A stretch of DNA of 64,000 bases. Origin: Rebecca billardiae RCC1528. Taxonomy: Eukaryota > Protista > Haptophyta. Positions 45,979 through 57,900 of the stretch are shown piece by piece; within the stretch, counting starts at the first letter, position 1, and every line of letters begins with the position of its first letter. The translations under genes were made by a program, and so were the position numbers. The DNA lies in contig OZ251244.1 in NCBI GenBank assembly GCA_965240325.2, positions 620,001 to 684,000 on the forward strand, given 5' to 3'. The notes beneath the pieces are model-generated. The model ran no database searches, was not told the origin of the DNA, and was given only the letters and a program-made list of their open reading frames with translations.

Positions 45979-48216
45979 ATGGCTGCCACCCTGCGTCGCG
46001 CGGTGCTGTACTGCGTGGTGGCGGCGACTGTGGTGGCGACAGCGTCGCCCAACGCGAGCAGAAGGCGTGGCGGCAAGCATGGTGCGCCCGTAGCGAAACC
46101 CCCGCGCAACGTGCGCAAGGCTCTCCGCTTCACGGACCCGTGGGGGCTTGGGCAGATGACGTGGATCAAAAGTCCACGTCAGTGGCGCCCCGAGTGCGCG
46201 AGCGAGATCAAGGCGGGCGTAGCGGAGCTCGGCTTCGAGGCGATTCGCTCCACGCCCATCATCATCATGGGCATGCCTGGCTCCGGCACGCGTGGCCCCG
46301 CCTTCACGCTCGGCAGCCTCGGCATGCTGATCGACGGATCGGGCGAGATGCTCGACTCACGCATCGGTCTTCAGGGCGTCGTACGGCGCCTGGAAATGCT
46401 CTACGCTGTGCATGGGACGCACACGTTCGGCCGCATCAGCGGCGCGGACGCGCGGAGCGTGGTCAACGGCGAGCCCACGCCGCCCGATTCGCCGCTCGCC
46501 AAGTGGTCGCACAAGTCGCGCTGGGCGCTCGGCGAGGTGCTGAGGCAGCTGAACACGTCGATCGACTGCCAGTTCGGCTGCCCGCCGCCATGCGCCAACC
46601 ACTCAGAGTTCGCGCGGCAGTGCTCGGCGCTCTTCGGCCCGCAGGGCCACACGTTCTGCAGCCCCACGTTCGCCAGCGGCCGCGGCACGTGCAGCCACGC
46701 CCTCTCCGTGCCGAAGCGCATCGCGTGCTTCCCGCTGCGCGCGTGGGGGTACAAAGTTCCGGATGCGCTGGTGGAAGTCTCGCTGCTGCGCGCGCTGCTG
46801 CCGCGGGCGGTGTTCGTGCTCGTGGTGCGCGACGGGCGCGACCTCACGGCGAACAAGCACGCGCAGCAGTGGTGGCGCTCGCGCGTCAGGCTCGTGCTGC
46901 CCGCCACAGTCAACATCCCGCCGCCGCCGCCGCGCGCCGAGGTCGAGCGCGTTGCACGCCTGTGCAACGTGACGGCACCGCCCGACGCGCGGCGCAACGC
47001 GGTGCGGCCCCGTGGCGCGCCCGGCGGGGCGGCGGCGTCGCGTAGCGTCGTGCTGGAGTGCTCGCAGCGCAACGGCAGCCACGCGCTCAGGCCGATCTTC
47101 GGCAAGATCACGCCCGAGCAAAAGCGCGTCTGCACGCTGTGGTCCTGGGCTGAGCTCACAATGGGCGCGCACGCCGACATCCGCGCTACCGGCGCCACAG
47201 CGTTCATCTGGCGCATCGAGGACATGCTGACTGCGGACGGGCGCGCGCAGCTCGGCGAGCGGCTGTCGAGCTTCCTCTGGTCGGCGCCTGGCGTCGCGCA
47301 GTTCGCGCACCTGGGGCGCGGGCAGCCGGCCGCGGCGGGCGGAGCGGCCAACGCCAGCCAGCCCGCTGCTGCCCAGCCAACCAGCCGGCTGCGCGCGGTC
47401 GACCCTGAGAGCGCGCTGCGGCCTGAGCGTGTGCGTGCGGTGCTGGACGAGGTGGCCTCGCAGGCGCACGGCTCGCACACCGATCCCATGACGCTCCAGT
47501 GCCGGCTTGGCGTCTCGGCGGCGTGCATGCACATGAGGCTCGTGGCGACGAACCGCACATACGCCGCACAGATCGTTTCGTCGCGGTACGGCAAGTGGCG
47601 CACCGACCCGCTGTGCGCGACCACTCTGGCGACACTGCCGCGACACAACCCGCGCATCTACCTGCGCGTCGCCGCCGCGCTGCAGATGCATGGGTACGAC
47701 CCCGCCATGGCGTGCCTGCCCCCCAAGACTCCGGCGGCGGGCGGGGTCGCTGTCGGCAGCGCCGCCGCCGCGCGCGCTGCTGCGGCTGCACCGGGCGTCT
47801 GGCGCCAGCGCCTCGCGGGTGTGCAGCCCAGACCAGTCGGCGAGCTCGCCGGCCGCAGCGGGCGGGGCGCGCGCCCCCGCCACCCGAAGCCGCCTCTGCA
47901 GCAGCACGCGAGGCGGCCTCCGGCGAAGGCGCAGCCCAGCACGGCCGAGCACGTGCGACACGCGCCGATCCGCGGCGGCGCCGTCTCCACCTCCACCTCC
48001 GGCTCGGACCTGGCAGCTCCAACGCCCGTCACGGTGCCAGGCGAGCCCACGCCCACGGGTGGCATCAGGAACACGGACTCCGAGCTCGGCGCCGACGGTG
48101 CAGCAGCGGCTGCGGCAGCGTCGCCGTCGGCGGATGATGATGATGATCATCATCACACTTCTGATGATGCCGACATCAGCAGCAATGGCATGGCTGTGCG
48201 GCGGCGATGGCGATGA
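45979..48216 (+). CDS. Sulfotransferase-family protein with N-terminal signal/anchor and low-complexity tail
   Basis: IIIMGMPGSGT (5'-PSB), WGYKVP, FVLVVRDGRD (3'-PB) and RIED motifs. Confidence 0.8.
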   Translation: MAATLRRAVLYCVVAATVVATASPNASRRRGGKHGAPVAKPPRNVRKALRFTDPWGLGQMTWIKSPRQWRPECASEIKAGVAELGFEAIRSTPIIIMGMPGSGTRGPAFTLGSLGMLIDGSGEMLDSRIGLQGVVRRLEMLYAVHGTHTFGRISGADARSVVNGEPTPPDSPLAKWSHKSRWALGEVLRQLNTSIDCQFGCPPPCANHSEFARQCSALFGPQGHTFCSPTFASGRGTCSHALSVPKRIACFPLRAWGYKVPDALVEVSLLRALLPRAVFVLVVRDGRDLTANKHAQQWWRSRVRLVLPATVNIPPPPPRAEVERVARLCNVTAPPDARRNAVRPRGAPGGAAASRSVVLECSQRNGSHALRPIFGKITPEQKRVCTLWSWAELTMGAHADIRATGATAFIWRIEDMLTADGRAQLGERLSSFLWSAPGVAQFAHLGRGQPAAAGGAANASQPAAAQPTSRLRAVDPESALRPERVRAVLDEVASQAHGSHTDPMTLQCRLGVSAACMHMRLVATNRTYAAQIVSSRYGKWRTDPLCATTLATLPRHNPRIYLRVAAALQMHGYDPAMACLPPKTPAAGGVAVGSAAAARAAAAAPGVWRQRLAGVQPRPVGELAGRSGRGARPRHPKPPLQQHARRPPAKAQPSTAEHVRHAPIRGGAVSTSTSGSDLAAPTPVTVPGEPTPTGGIRNTDSELGADGAAAAAAASPSADDDDDHHHTSDDADISSNGMAVRRRWR

Positions 48217-48424
48217 GTGATGACGGATTCGCGACTGCAATACTGTTGACACCTTGATCACCGCGCGCCCTTGCCTTTCAAGTGATGAACCAGTGAGCCG
48301 ATGAGTGTCCACTGTGAACAACTGCTGTGATGATGAACAGCCAATGACGGGCGGGCGGCCGGCGCGCGGGCTCATCGGGCTGGCGGGCTATTCGTCGGTC
48401 GCAAACCGCCCCAAATCGCCGGCG

Positions 48425-50161
48425 ATGTTGGACCGCGTCGGGCGCGCGTCCGTCGCCCCCAACGTCGCTGTCGTCTTCATTGTGGCTCTCCTCGCCCTCG
48501 CCGTTGTCCTGGCAGTAGCATCCAAGGCGCTCCTCCCCTTCAGCGCGCGGAGCTGGCTGCGCGCCCCGCTCGCAAAGCCGCTCGCCGGCGCCGCGACGAC
48601 GCCGTGGTGGCATCCGCTCCGTGCTACCTCCAACCTCCTCGTGGCGACGCGCGCGGAGTACGGCTTCTGGCTGCTCTACGCCGGTGGCATTGTCGCGTAC
48701 ATCGCGTTTCGCATCGGCACGGCCGCGCCGAGCTCGCTCGCGCAAGCGGCGCGGCTGGCGCTCGGCGGCGCCGCTGCCATCCAAGTCGTGTTTCTGGCAC
48801 TTGCGGGGCTGCACCATGGGCCCCTGTCGCGCCTCGGCGTGATGTCGTTCGAGCGCAGCGTGCGGCACCACCGCGCGCAGGGCTACCTCTTCGGCATGAC
48901 CGCGTCCATGCACGTGCTCACGCACATCGGCACGCTTGGCCCGGCGGTACTAGTGCAGGTGGCGCCAACGGGTGACGACAGGCTTGTGGTGCCGGTCCTC
49001 GGGCTCGCGATGTACGGCGTGGTCGCCGTGCTGCTCGGCCTGGCGTTCCTGCCAATCGTGCGGCGGTACCACTACGAGGGCTTCTTCAAGGTCCACGTGC
49101 TGCTCTCCAAGACGGTGATGGTGCTGATCCCGCTGCACGCGCCGTCGACGCTGCCGCTGTTCATTGTCTACGCGCTCATCACGCTCGTCTCGTGGGGGCT
49201 GCGGCTCTTCGGCCCGCGCGTGCGGCGGTACGTGGCGGGCGAGGCGACGGTGCGCACGGACGGCACGCACGTGCTCCTCGAGCTGCCCGCGCCCGCCCCG
49301 GCCTCGCGCCACCCGCTCGCCACACGCGGCCCCGGCGATTGGGCGTTCGTGCACGTCCCTCAGATTTCGTGGGAAACTCGCGCCCCGCTCTCGCTCGCGT
49401 GTGCGCCCGCGTCGGCGCGGCTTCGCTTCCTCGTCAAGGACATGGGCACGGCGAACGCGAAGCCGCACTTCTCGCACGACCTCCTCGCCATCGTACAGGG
49501 CGCCGTCGGCCCCGCGCCGGCGTCCGAGAGCGGCGGCGCCAACCGCGCGCATGCGCCGTCGCCCGCGGTCGTCGCGCCTTCGCTTTCACTCTCCGTGCGC
49601 GGACCGTATGGCCGGCTCAGCCTGGAGCTGGCGGAGTACGGCGCGGTGCTGCTCGTCGCGGGCGGCGTGGGCATCACGCCGCTCATCTCCGTGCTCATCC
49701 ACTGCCTCGCCGCCGAGCCGTCCAAGCTGCCGCGCCTGCGCGCCCTCCGCCTCGTGTGGATCGTCCGCGAGCCCGCCACCCTCCAATGGCTGCCGGTGCT
49801 GCTGGAGGACACGCGGGCGGACACGGGCGCGCCTCTCGTGCCGCCCGCGGTCGCGCGAGCCCTGGTGGCGGGCCAGGAGGTGGAGGTGCGCGAGGGCGTG
49901 CGCGTGCGCGCGCAGCTCTTCGCCACCCGCGGCACCGGCCGCGCCGACCCCGCTGTCCCCACGCACGTCGCCGGCCGCTCGGCGGCCGCCGCCGCCCTGG
50001 ACGAAGAGATGACCGCGGCGGTGCGCGACGCGGCCGCGGCGGACGACACGAACGCGCGCGCCGCCGTGCTCGTGTGCGGCCCGGAGGCGCTCGTGGCGGA
50101 CGTGACCTCGCTGTCGAAGACATACGGCTGCGACCTTCACCAGGAGTCCTTCTTGTTCTGA
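48425..50161 (+). CDS. Ferric reductase / NADPH oxidase-family flavocytochrome
   Basis: TM domain with heme His pairs (HHR..HVLTH; YEGFFKVH..LH), then GPYG, LVAGGVGITP, LVWIVRE, VCGP and C-terminal ESF. Start could be 48344. Confidence 0.9.
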   Translation: MLDRVGRASVAPNVAVVFIVALLALAVVLAVASKALLPFSARSWLRAPLAKPLAGAATTPWWHPLRATSNLLVATRAEYGFWLLYAGGIVAYIAFRIGTAAPSSLAQAARLALGGAAAIQVVFLALAGLHHGPLSRLGVMSFERSVRHHRAQGYLFGMTASMHVLTHIGTLGPAVLVQVAPTGDDRLVVPVLGLAMYGVVAVLLGLAFLPIVRRYHYEGFFKVHVLLSKTVMVLIPLHAPSTLPLFIVYALITLVSWGLRLFGPRVRRYVAGEATVRTDGTHVLLELPAPAPASRHPLATRGPGDWAFVHVPQISWETRAPLSLACAPASARLRFLVKDMGTANAKPHFSHDLLAIVQGAVGPAPASESGGANRAHAPSPAVVAPSLSLSVRGPYGRLSLELAEYGAVLLVAGGVGITPLISVLIHCLAAEPSKLPRLRALRLVWIVREPATLQWLPVLLEDTRADTGAPLVPPAVARALVAGQEVEVREGVRVRAQLFATRGTGRADPAVPTHVAGRSAAAAALDEEMTAAVRDAAAADDTNARAAVLVCGPEALVADVTSLSKTYGCDLHQESFLF

Positions 50162-51123
50162 TGCGTGCTCATCCGATCGCGCTGAATCTGAACGTCCTGA
50201 ATCGTCGTTGGAAGCCGCATATATGGGTCCACAGACCACAGCATGCCGAGCGTCATCCTGCTTACCGCTATTGGCGCTAAGCTACACTACGCCTACGGTC
50301 TACGACATCATGCCCATGGTCCGTCACCCTCCGACGGCGTCCGCGACCGCGACTTCGCCGGCTTAAGTGTCAGTTAACAGTTTCTGAAGCGTTTGTCGTG
50401 CACTCAGTCTCACTCGTCACTGCTGCATCATCAGTAATAATAAGTAATAATAATAATTCAGTCGTACAGTAACTGAAGCTCAAGCATGTCTCAGACATCA
50501 CTCACTGTTATTGAATCATATTGTCAAGTTCGGACGACGGTAGTTCGGTAGTACAGGCGGTATTACTGTAGCGAACTGTTATATTTATTTATTAGTATAT
50601 ATTATAAATATTTAGAATTAGATCGACGATGACTGTCGTCGTCGTATCTAGCAGCCTTTAGTATCATAATAATATATATTATAACGACGTGGCGGCATGC
50701 AACGGGCAGGCGTCAGAGTCAGCAAGCTGTAGCAGCAGATCGAGCAGCAGCTACTAGTACTGAGCTAGACAAACACCGGCCAGGAAGCCCAGGATCAGCG
50801 CTCCTCACTCTCATTTACATAGCTATATTAGTGTGATGACCCTATATTCGGATATTTGTCATCAGCTATAGATGTCTATCGATGAGCCGATGCATGACGC
50901 GCGCGCATGTGCAGCAGGCACGGAGGCACCTGCCGTCCGACGACGGCGGGCACCCCGCACCACCGGGGTTGCCGCGGTGCCGCCCAAGCCAAAGCGCGAA
51001 ACGTGGCCATTGGCCGAGCTGGAGAGCAGCCCAGCACATCGGTCGCGGCTTGGCGCCGTTAAAAATGCATCGCGGAAGAAGTCCGGAAACGCGAGGCGAA
51101 CCGAGGCCAGCCCGACGAAAACG

Positions 51124-51511
51124 ATGGCGGGGGTGAGTTGCGATCTCCCGACCGGCGGCTTGTGCCCGCTGTCTGGCGGCTCACAAGCGACCCCTTCACC
51201 CCGTCCGCGCGCACGCGTGCCGCGCAGACCACCCGATTCTGGTCTTACATGACTGCAGTAGGCGTCACGTACTTCTGCTTCTACAACTTTGAGCACTATC
51301 TTGAGTGGTGCGGCAGGAAGCACGTGGAGTGGGTGCGTGCGGCGCGCGTGGGGCACCCGCGCGACGCGCCACGCTCGGGGCCCTCGTGCTGACACCCGTG
51401 TGTGCGCGCGTGCGTACGTCTACCCCTCGACACCGCGACGCCGCGCAGCGCGAGCAGGCCGATCGCAAGAGGCGCGCACTGGATCGTGCCAACAATTTGA
51501 TGAAGGACTGA
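51124..51511 (+). CDS. 58-aa single-TM microprotein, 3 exons (51124-51132, 51228-51332, 51449-51511)
   Basis: Donors GTGAGT (51133) and GTGCGT (51333) with CGCAG acceptors give MAGTTRFWSYMTAVGVTYFCFYNFEHYLEWCGRKHVEWREQADRKRRALDRANNLMKD*. Confidence 0.7.
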
Positions 51512-52103
51512 ACAGGAGCCAACGTTGCTGCGGCCGCCTGAGCCGCCTGTGCCGCCTTGAGCGGTGCGCACTGGACCGGCGAAGTGTTCGCGATCGCTCT
51601 GCGCTGCCGGCCCATCATGAGTGCAGCGCACGGCAGCCGGCGCGCCAAAGCCAAGCACGCGACACGGCCACTTTGAGCCAAGTTTGAGCACGGTGCAGGC
51701 AGCAGTCTCGCTGCTGTGACGGCTACTCAGCAACGGCGCAGCCAACAGCCTCTGGGCCGTGCCCATGGACGGGCGCTTCTATCCGCCTGGAAGGGGCCGC
51801 TCTGGCCCCTCCGCTACGTCCGGCGGCCGAGCAGGGCGCGCCGTCGACGCGGTGCCGTCCGATCAATAATGGCTGATGGTCCGCGCCGTACCGGCGCCAC
51901 CGCGCCGGTCAAACCCTGGCCGGGGTCTATTCATATAATAAGGGCCAGACGAGACTCTGATGAGAGTGAGGCGCTGCTGCCAATGTCGTCAGTCGTGCGC
52001 CTCCAGTTGCCACTGATGGTCGTATGGAACTACTGTCGTCCGAGTGCGCCACTGAAATGACTCGGACTGCTGAGAGTCATTATGACACCGATCACTCTCG
52101 CAG

Positions 52104-54512
52104 AATAATGACCGCGTTCCGCGGTCCTTCCGTAGAACCAACGCAGTTAGAGGCCCGCGGTGCACCCTCCGTCGGCCGTCGGCTGTCACTGTCAGTCTGA
52201 CATGTGTAACAGTTCGCCTGAGGACTGTCGCCGCGCGGGCCGCGCGCGGGGAAGCGGCCGCTGGGGCGGCGCGCGCGCGCAGGGCGAGAGGCGCCGCGCG
52301 GCGCGGGCCGGCGCGTGCGCGCGTGCGGGCGCACCTGCTTGAGGTGCTCGCGCTGCGCCATGCGCTCGACGACGGGCCGCTGGTCGCTCAGCCGGCGCGC
52401 CTCGTGCCGGCAGAGCGAGAGCGCGCGCCACTCGGCTGCCCCGGCCTGCCGCTGCGCAGCCGCGCACCGAGACCGAGCGAGCGGAGCTCGGGGTGGAACG
52501 AGGCGAGCGGCGCGTCGCGCCTGCCGCGGCGCGTGCGCGCCTGCTCCACCGCGCCGCCGTGCTCGCCCGCCGCCTCCTCCGCCGCGTCGGCGGCCTCGAA
52601 GACGGCGGCGGCCAGCCAACGGCAGGCTCGGAGCCTGTGCGCGCTCCTGAACCGGCGCCGATCGCCTCGACGGCCGTCTACTCCGCACAGCTGGCTGCTC
52701 GAGCTGCTGCACGGGGCGTCGCGACGAGGGCGCCGCGCGCGCCCAGCGCGTCCGTCGCCGCGTCGCGCAGCGCGTCGCGCTCGGCGTCGCGCTTCGCCAG
52801 CTCGGCGCACAGCGCCTCCGCGCGCACGTGCTGGCATGCACGGCCTGTCTGTCAGTGTCTGTGTGCCTGTGACGCCGCCCATCTGCGCGCGCAGCTCGGC
52901 TGCAGCTCGGCTGCAGCTCGACGGCGGACTCGTCGCGGCTGGCGGCGAGGGTGCGCAACGCGTCGACGGCCGAGGCCTGCAGCCCGGTGATCGCCGCGTC
53001 GACGCGCGCGGCGCATTCCCAGCGCAGCTCCTCGCGCTACGTGGCCGCCGCTTGCGTGCAGCAGTGTCTTGCGAGCGTTCGGGACTGGCTGGCTGCTCGT
53101 CCTCACGCTGCTGCACCTCAGCGCCGCCGTCGACCGAGTTGAGGAGGAGCTCGCGCTCGGCGTCGAGGAGCGAGCTCGCGTGCTCGAGCTCGCCCTTCAG
53201 CTGCGCGAACTCCGGGCGCATCCGGCTCATCTCCGCTGCGTGCTCGGCGCGCTCACTCATCCTCGAAGCGTCCGAGCGACAAGCTCGTGAGCGTGCTCCG
53301 GACTCGGCTCGCCCTTGCGCGCTCCTCCTCGAGCGACGAACACGCCCGCGGGCAGGCTGTTGCCCGCCGCCTCCGCCGCGATCTCGCCGCCCCCGCCGCC
53401 GCGATCTCGTCGCGCATGCTTTGCAGCGGGGCGCTGTGGGCGCGCCGTCGGCACGGCCTGGCGACGGACCGGACCGAGCGAGACGCGCGCGACGCCTCGG
53501 GGAGAGCCGGAGCGGAGCGCGAGGGCGAGAGCAGAGCGCGAGGGGGAGACCAGCGGCCGGCCGGCTCCCGCCACCGCGCGCGCACCGCGGCGTACGCGGC
53601 GCCGACACGCACGTCCCCGGTCAGGGCGCCGCAGCGACGAAGCGAACGCGAACGAGCGAGCGAGCAGCTCGAGAGTCGAGGGCCGTCCGTGCTCGGTCGA
53701 ATAAGTGAGCGTAGGGCGCGCGCCTGGCGGCTCCCAGTATCCAACTTATTGCGAATAGGTAGCAAAACTTGATCACTTCCAAGTGCCCGTGTATGGCCTA
53801 TGTTTCCAGCACCAAGTGATGCATCGGTAAATAACAGCGCGCCGCGCGCGCACGCAGTACGCCGACATGCAGTAGTTGAGGAGGACCCTGACCATGCACA
53901 TCAACATGCACTTTCAAAAGGTTGCGCTTAGGCCCGGTTTGTAGGCGGGTAACTTGTTACGTTTTAACAAGCCGCCATAGGCGCCATTCAAAGAATCTCG
54001 TTTAACATTAGTGCACAGGCGGTTCATCCATCGAGGCAGGCGGGTAATGTGGTTGAACAAGCGCTATTCAAAAGAATCTCTTTTAATATTATAGGGCGGT
54101 TCATCCATCGAGACAGGCGGGTAGGTGTTTAAACAAAGCGCTATTCAGAAGCATCTGGCCTCATAGCTGTTTTCGACCCAAAACAATCAAACGTCGCTCG
54201 GCAAACTCGTACTCCAGCATACAAGAATGACAAAAATACTCACTTGTTTCACCCCCGGGGTATCTGATCCCACGTCCGTCCATCGACTTATGCGGAATGG
54301 CGTGGGCGCGCTTATTTCGTCAAGCGCGTAGTTGCTAATGCAGAGCACTATGGGCCAACGTACCCCTCGAAAAAGCGAAAACTCACCCTCCAACACCCCT
54401 CAAAATCGTCCCCCGTCCCCTTTTCTTTGATCAAAAGATCTTTTTGACAACGTAGTGAGGGCCCCCGGCGGGGCTCCACGCTAAGCGCTCCGCCCTACAC
54501 CGCGGGCCATAA
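52104..54512 (-). mobile_element. Helentron/Helitron2-like non-autonomous element, copy B
   Basis: Same roughly 110-bp 5' end (54400-54512) and 3' sub-terminal IR + hairpin (52152-52164; 52110-52126) as 16651-18460. Internal tandem repeats at about 53940-54155. Confidence 0.75.
52330..53290 (-). pseudogene. Frameshifted coiled-coil gene fragment carried inside Helentron-like copy B
   Basis: Coding-like stretches in shifting frames (SRMSERAEHAAEMSRMRPEFAQLKGELEHASSLLDAERE; AAVFEAADAAEEAAGEH; VVERMAQREHLKQ followed by a GTGCGC donor). Confidence 0.45.
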
Positions 54513-54943
54513 CAGATCATCGTATACGTATTATCATCGCGCGTCGTCGTAGTATTCATCGTCACAGTGGTCCGTGACGGTGCCGGCGCCGCCCCGCGAG
54601 CCGCAGGCGCCGCAGCTGCGGCCGCTCAGCAGTCAGCTGCATGACTGGCGGCGGCGCTCATCACAGCGGCCCCGCGGCGGCGCGGCCCGCGGCCGCGGCG
54701 GCGGCGGCCGAGGTGATGCATTATTATCATCAGTCACTGTCGTCAGCGTAAGAGGGCGGCTGCCCGGTCGGCTGCGCCGCGGCCGCGGGCCGGGCCCTGA
54801 CGCTGCGCCAGGCCGAGTAACTAGGCCGTTGGCACAGTAAGTCGCGTCGTAATAATTGCCCACGACGTAAACGTTACTACGGTACAGAGTCCCTGGCTGC
54901 GGGCGCGGCTGCGATCGTGCACAGTAAGCTATCTGCACGGCTG

Positions 54944-57900
54944 CTACTGCTCCGCCTTCGCGGCGCGCAGCAGGTTGAGTGGCGGGGCGCTCTTGCCCAT
55001 CTTGCTTGGGCGCCGCCTTGGCACGCCGCTCACATCGACCATCGGCAGCGGCGCGCCGGCGCCGGAGGCCGAGCCCTGCGCGGTCAACGCAGGCGGCTCA
55101 GCCGGCCCAGACTGCGCCGCCGCCGCGCCACCATCGCCCTGCGCGCCGACTGCGCTAGGAGTGCCGTCGGCGTGTGCTGCAGGCCGTGCCTCCTGGGCGT
55201 GCCCCGGGCCTCGCGCGCGCGGCGGCGATGCCCGCGCGCCGCGCGGGCCTGGTGCGCCCAGAGGCGCCGCCGCCATCGCTGGCCTCGCCGCAGCCGAGCT
55301 CAGCTTGGCCCCGGCCGCTCGGAAGGCCGGGGGCGGCGCCGCGGCGGCGCCGACGGCGCGCGGCTTGCCCAGGCGGCTCCGCGGCGCGGGGCCCGGCTTG
55401 AGCCCGCCGGGGCGCGCGACCAGCGCCGATGGGTCCTTGGTGCCCGGGCTGCTGCCGTGCGCGGCGTGCGCTCCCTCGCCGCCGCCGCCGAGCTCGCCGG
55501 AGGCGTCGCCGACCGCCGTCGCCTCCGTGCCGTCGTCGTCGCCCTCCCCGCCCTCCCGAAGCACCGCGCTCCCGCCGGCAAACCGCAGCGCAGCCTCTGC
55601 CTCCGCGCGCCGCGCGCGCATATTCTCGAGCTGCGCCCTCTCGGCCTGCACGGCCACGCGCCGGCCCTGCAGCTCCGCCGTCGCGCGCTCGAGCCGGCGC
55701 TGCCGCCGCGGCAGCTCGTCGAGAAGCAGCGCGCCGGCCGCGCCGCCGGCCTCGCCCGCGGCCGCCACCTGCGTGCCGTGCTCGTGTGCCGGAGGCGAGC
55801 CGCCGCCTGTCGGCTGGTGTGGCGCGGACGCGACCGCGTGCCCGATCTCAGGGCTGATGCTCTTGAGCGTGGTGGCGAGCCTGCCGAGCAGCCGCTGCCG
55901 TAGTGCGAGCTCCGAGCGCGCCGCCGCCACCGCGCCGTGCGCCGACGACGTCTCTTCCTCCGCCATCGCGCACAGCCGGCCCAGCCTCCCGACCTCGGTG
56001 AGCTCCTTGCGCGCATCCGACGTCGCGTCGTGCGCCTCGCGATCTTTCTTGTTGGCCGCGAGGCTGAGCTTCGTCTCGAGCTTCTTCACCGTGCGCTCGA
56101 GGTTGCGCCGCTCGTGCTCGAGCCCGTCGAGGCTCGAGCGGAGCGCCGCGACGTTCTGCTGCCGTGCCACGATCGCCGCCGGGTCTGAGAGCCCGCCAAG
56201 CGTTCCCTCCAACCGCTCCTTGCGCCGGCGCGCGCCGAGAAGCGCGCGCTGCATCTTGTCGACCTCCTCGCGAGACATTGTGGACTTCTGGCGCGAGGCC
56301 TCCTGCCGCTGCTCCGCGACGGCGGCCTCGAGCCCGCGCACCTCACGCCGCAGCGCCGCCGTCGCGCCGCCCTCCTCCGCGCCCACCGCGCCCTCGCGCT
56401 CGCGCTGCGCCGCGAGCAGCATGCGCACAGCCTCGCGCGCAGCGCGCCGCTCCTCCGCGCGCGCGCGCGTGTCCGCGAGGTCCCACCGCGCCGCGGTGAC
56501 GCGCGCGCGCAGCTGCGCGAGCTCGGCGGGCGACGGGCCGTGGCTCCTGCGCAGCTCGCCAAGCGCGCCGCTCAGCGCGACCATCGTCGGCGCCACCGCC
56601 CTCAGGCCGAACTTGTCGACCCCGACCGCGGGTGCGGGCGCACCCCCAGCCCCTGTGGTAGCGCCCGCCGCGCCGCCCCCGGGCCGCACGGCGGCGGCCG
56701 CAGCGACTCGGTCGAGCCGCCCGCCGCCGGCGTCGTCGACGGCCAGCTCGTTCTCGTCAATCACCGCGTCGTCCGCCTCCGCGCCGCGCGCGCCGCCGCG
56801 CCGCCGCGCGCCTCCGCGCTTCCCGCCGCCGCCGCGCGAGTGCTCGAGCTGCGTCGGCTCAGGCGCCACGCACACCGCGCGACTGATGGCGGATGCGGTG
56901 CGGAGCGCGCGCTGGCCCGCGGGCAGCTTCGGGTCGATGCCCGCGAGCGCGTCCGCCGCGGCCACCTCGTCGACGAACGCGACATACCGCCGCGCAGGCT
57001 CGCCCGCCCGGCCGCCGCCGCCGCCGCGCCGCTGCGACGACGCCTGCCGATGAGCTGCCATCCCCACCAGCGCGGCGCGCGCGAGCGCCTCGCCGCCGCC
57101 GTCGGCGCCGGCCCGCTCGTCCGCGGCGGCGCCGACGGTCTCGAGCACGCGCACGAGGCGCAGCGCGCGCGCGGCCTGCGCCGTGCGCACCGCGCCCTGC
57201 AGCCGCCGCGCCGCCGCCTCGGACACGCCCGAAGCGCCCGTGCGCATTTTCATGCGAAGCCGCAGCGCGCCGCGCGCTCGAGCCTGCTTGGCGCGCGCTG
57301 CGCGCTGGATAGCCAAGATCTGCGCCTCGTGCGCGCGCATCTCGGCCATGCGCCGCGCGAGCGCGCGCTCGCGGTACCGGCGCTGCACGACGCGCGCCGC
57401 CTTCGCCTGCCGCAGCTTCTGAGCGCGCTGCTCGAGCACGCGCTGCTCCTGCTCGTCGCGCTTCGCAAGCTTCTTGGAGCGCTTGCGGGGGATCACGCGG
57501 TCGACGAGCGAGACGCGCGAGTTGATCGCGTTCACGTGGCGCAGCGCGGTGGCGGCGTACTCGATGACGCGCTCGTCCGACGAGGTGTCGAGCACGCGCT
57601 GCAGCTCGTTCTCCACGCCGCTCTTGCGCAGCCGCTTCGCCACGCCCACCTGCGGGCAGCACGCGCGAGCGCGCACGCACGGCGCGTGCGAGTGAGTGCG
57701 TGCGCGGCGCGGCGCTCGCACGCGGCGCTGCCGCGCTCGGCCGCGCGCGGCTCACGCCACGCGCGCACGCGTCGCCCTCCGCCGGCATCACGCGCACGCG
57801 CGCGCCAGACCCACGCCGACCCAACACCATTCGCCGCGCCCGCGCGCGCGCTGCGCTCACGTGGTTGGACAGGTTGCGCACCCCGGCGATGGCGTAGAGG

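Noticed and set aside
50280-50860. AT-rich island as foreign DNA
   Set aside because: Low-complexity tat/aat/cag tracts like other intergenic patches in the window (6960-7030, 20490-20640); no coding or terminal features.
16651-54512. One 38-kb giant transposon bounded by the inverted 110-bp copies at 16651 and 54400-54512
   Set aside because: Each copy has its own matching 3' subTIR + hairpin 1.8-2.4 kb away, so two independent elements explain the pattern; no TSD.
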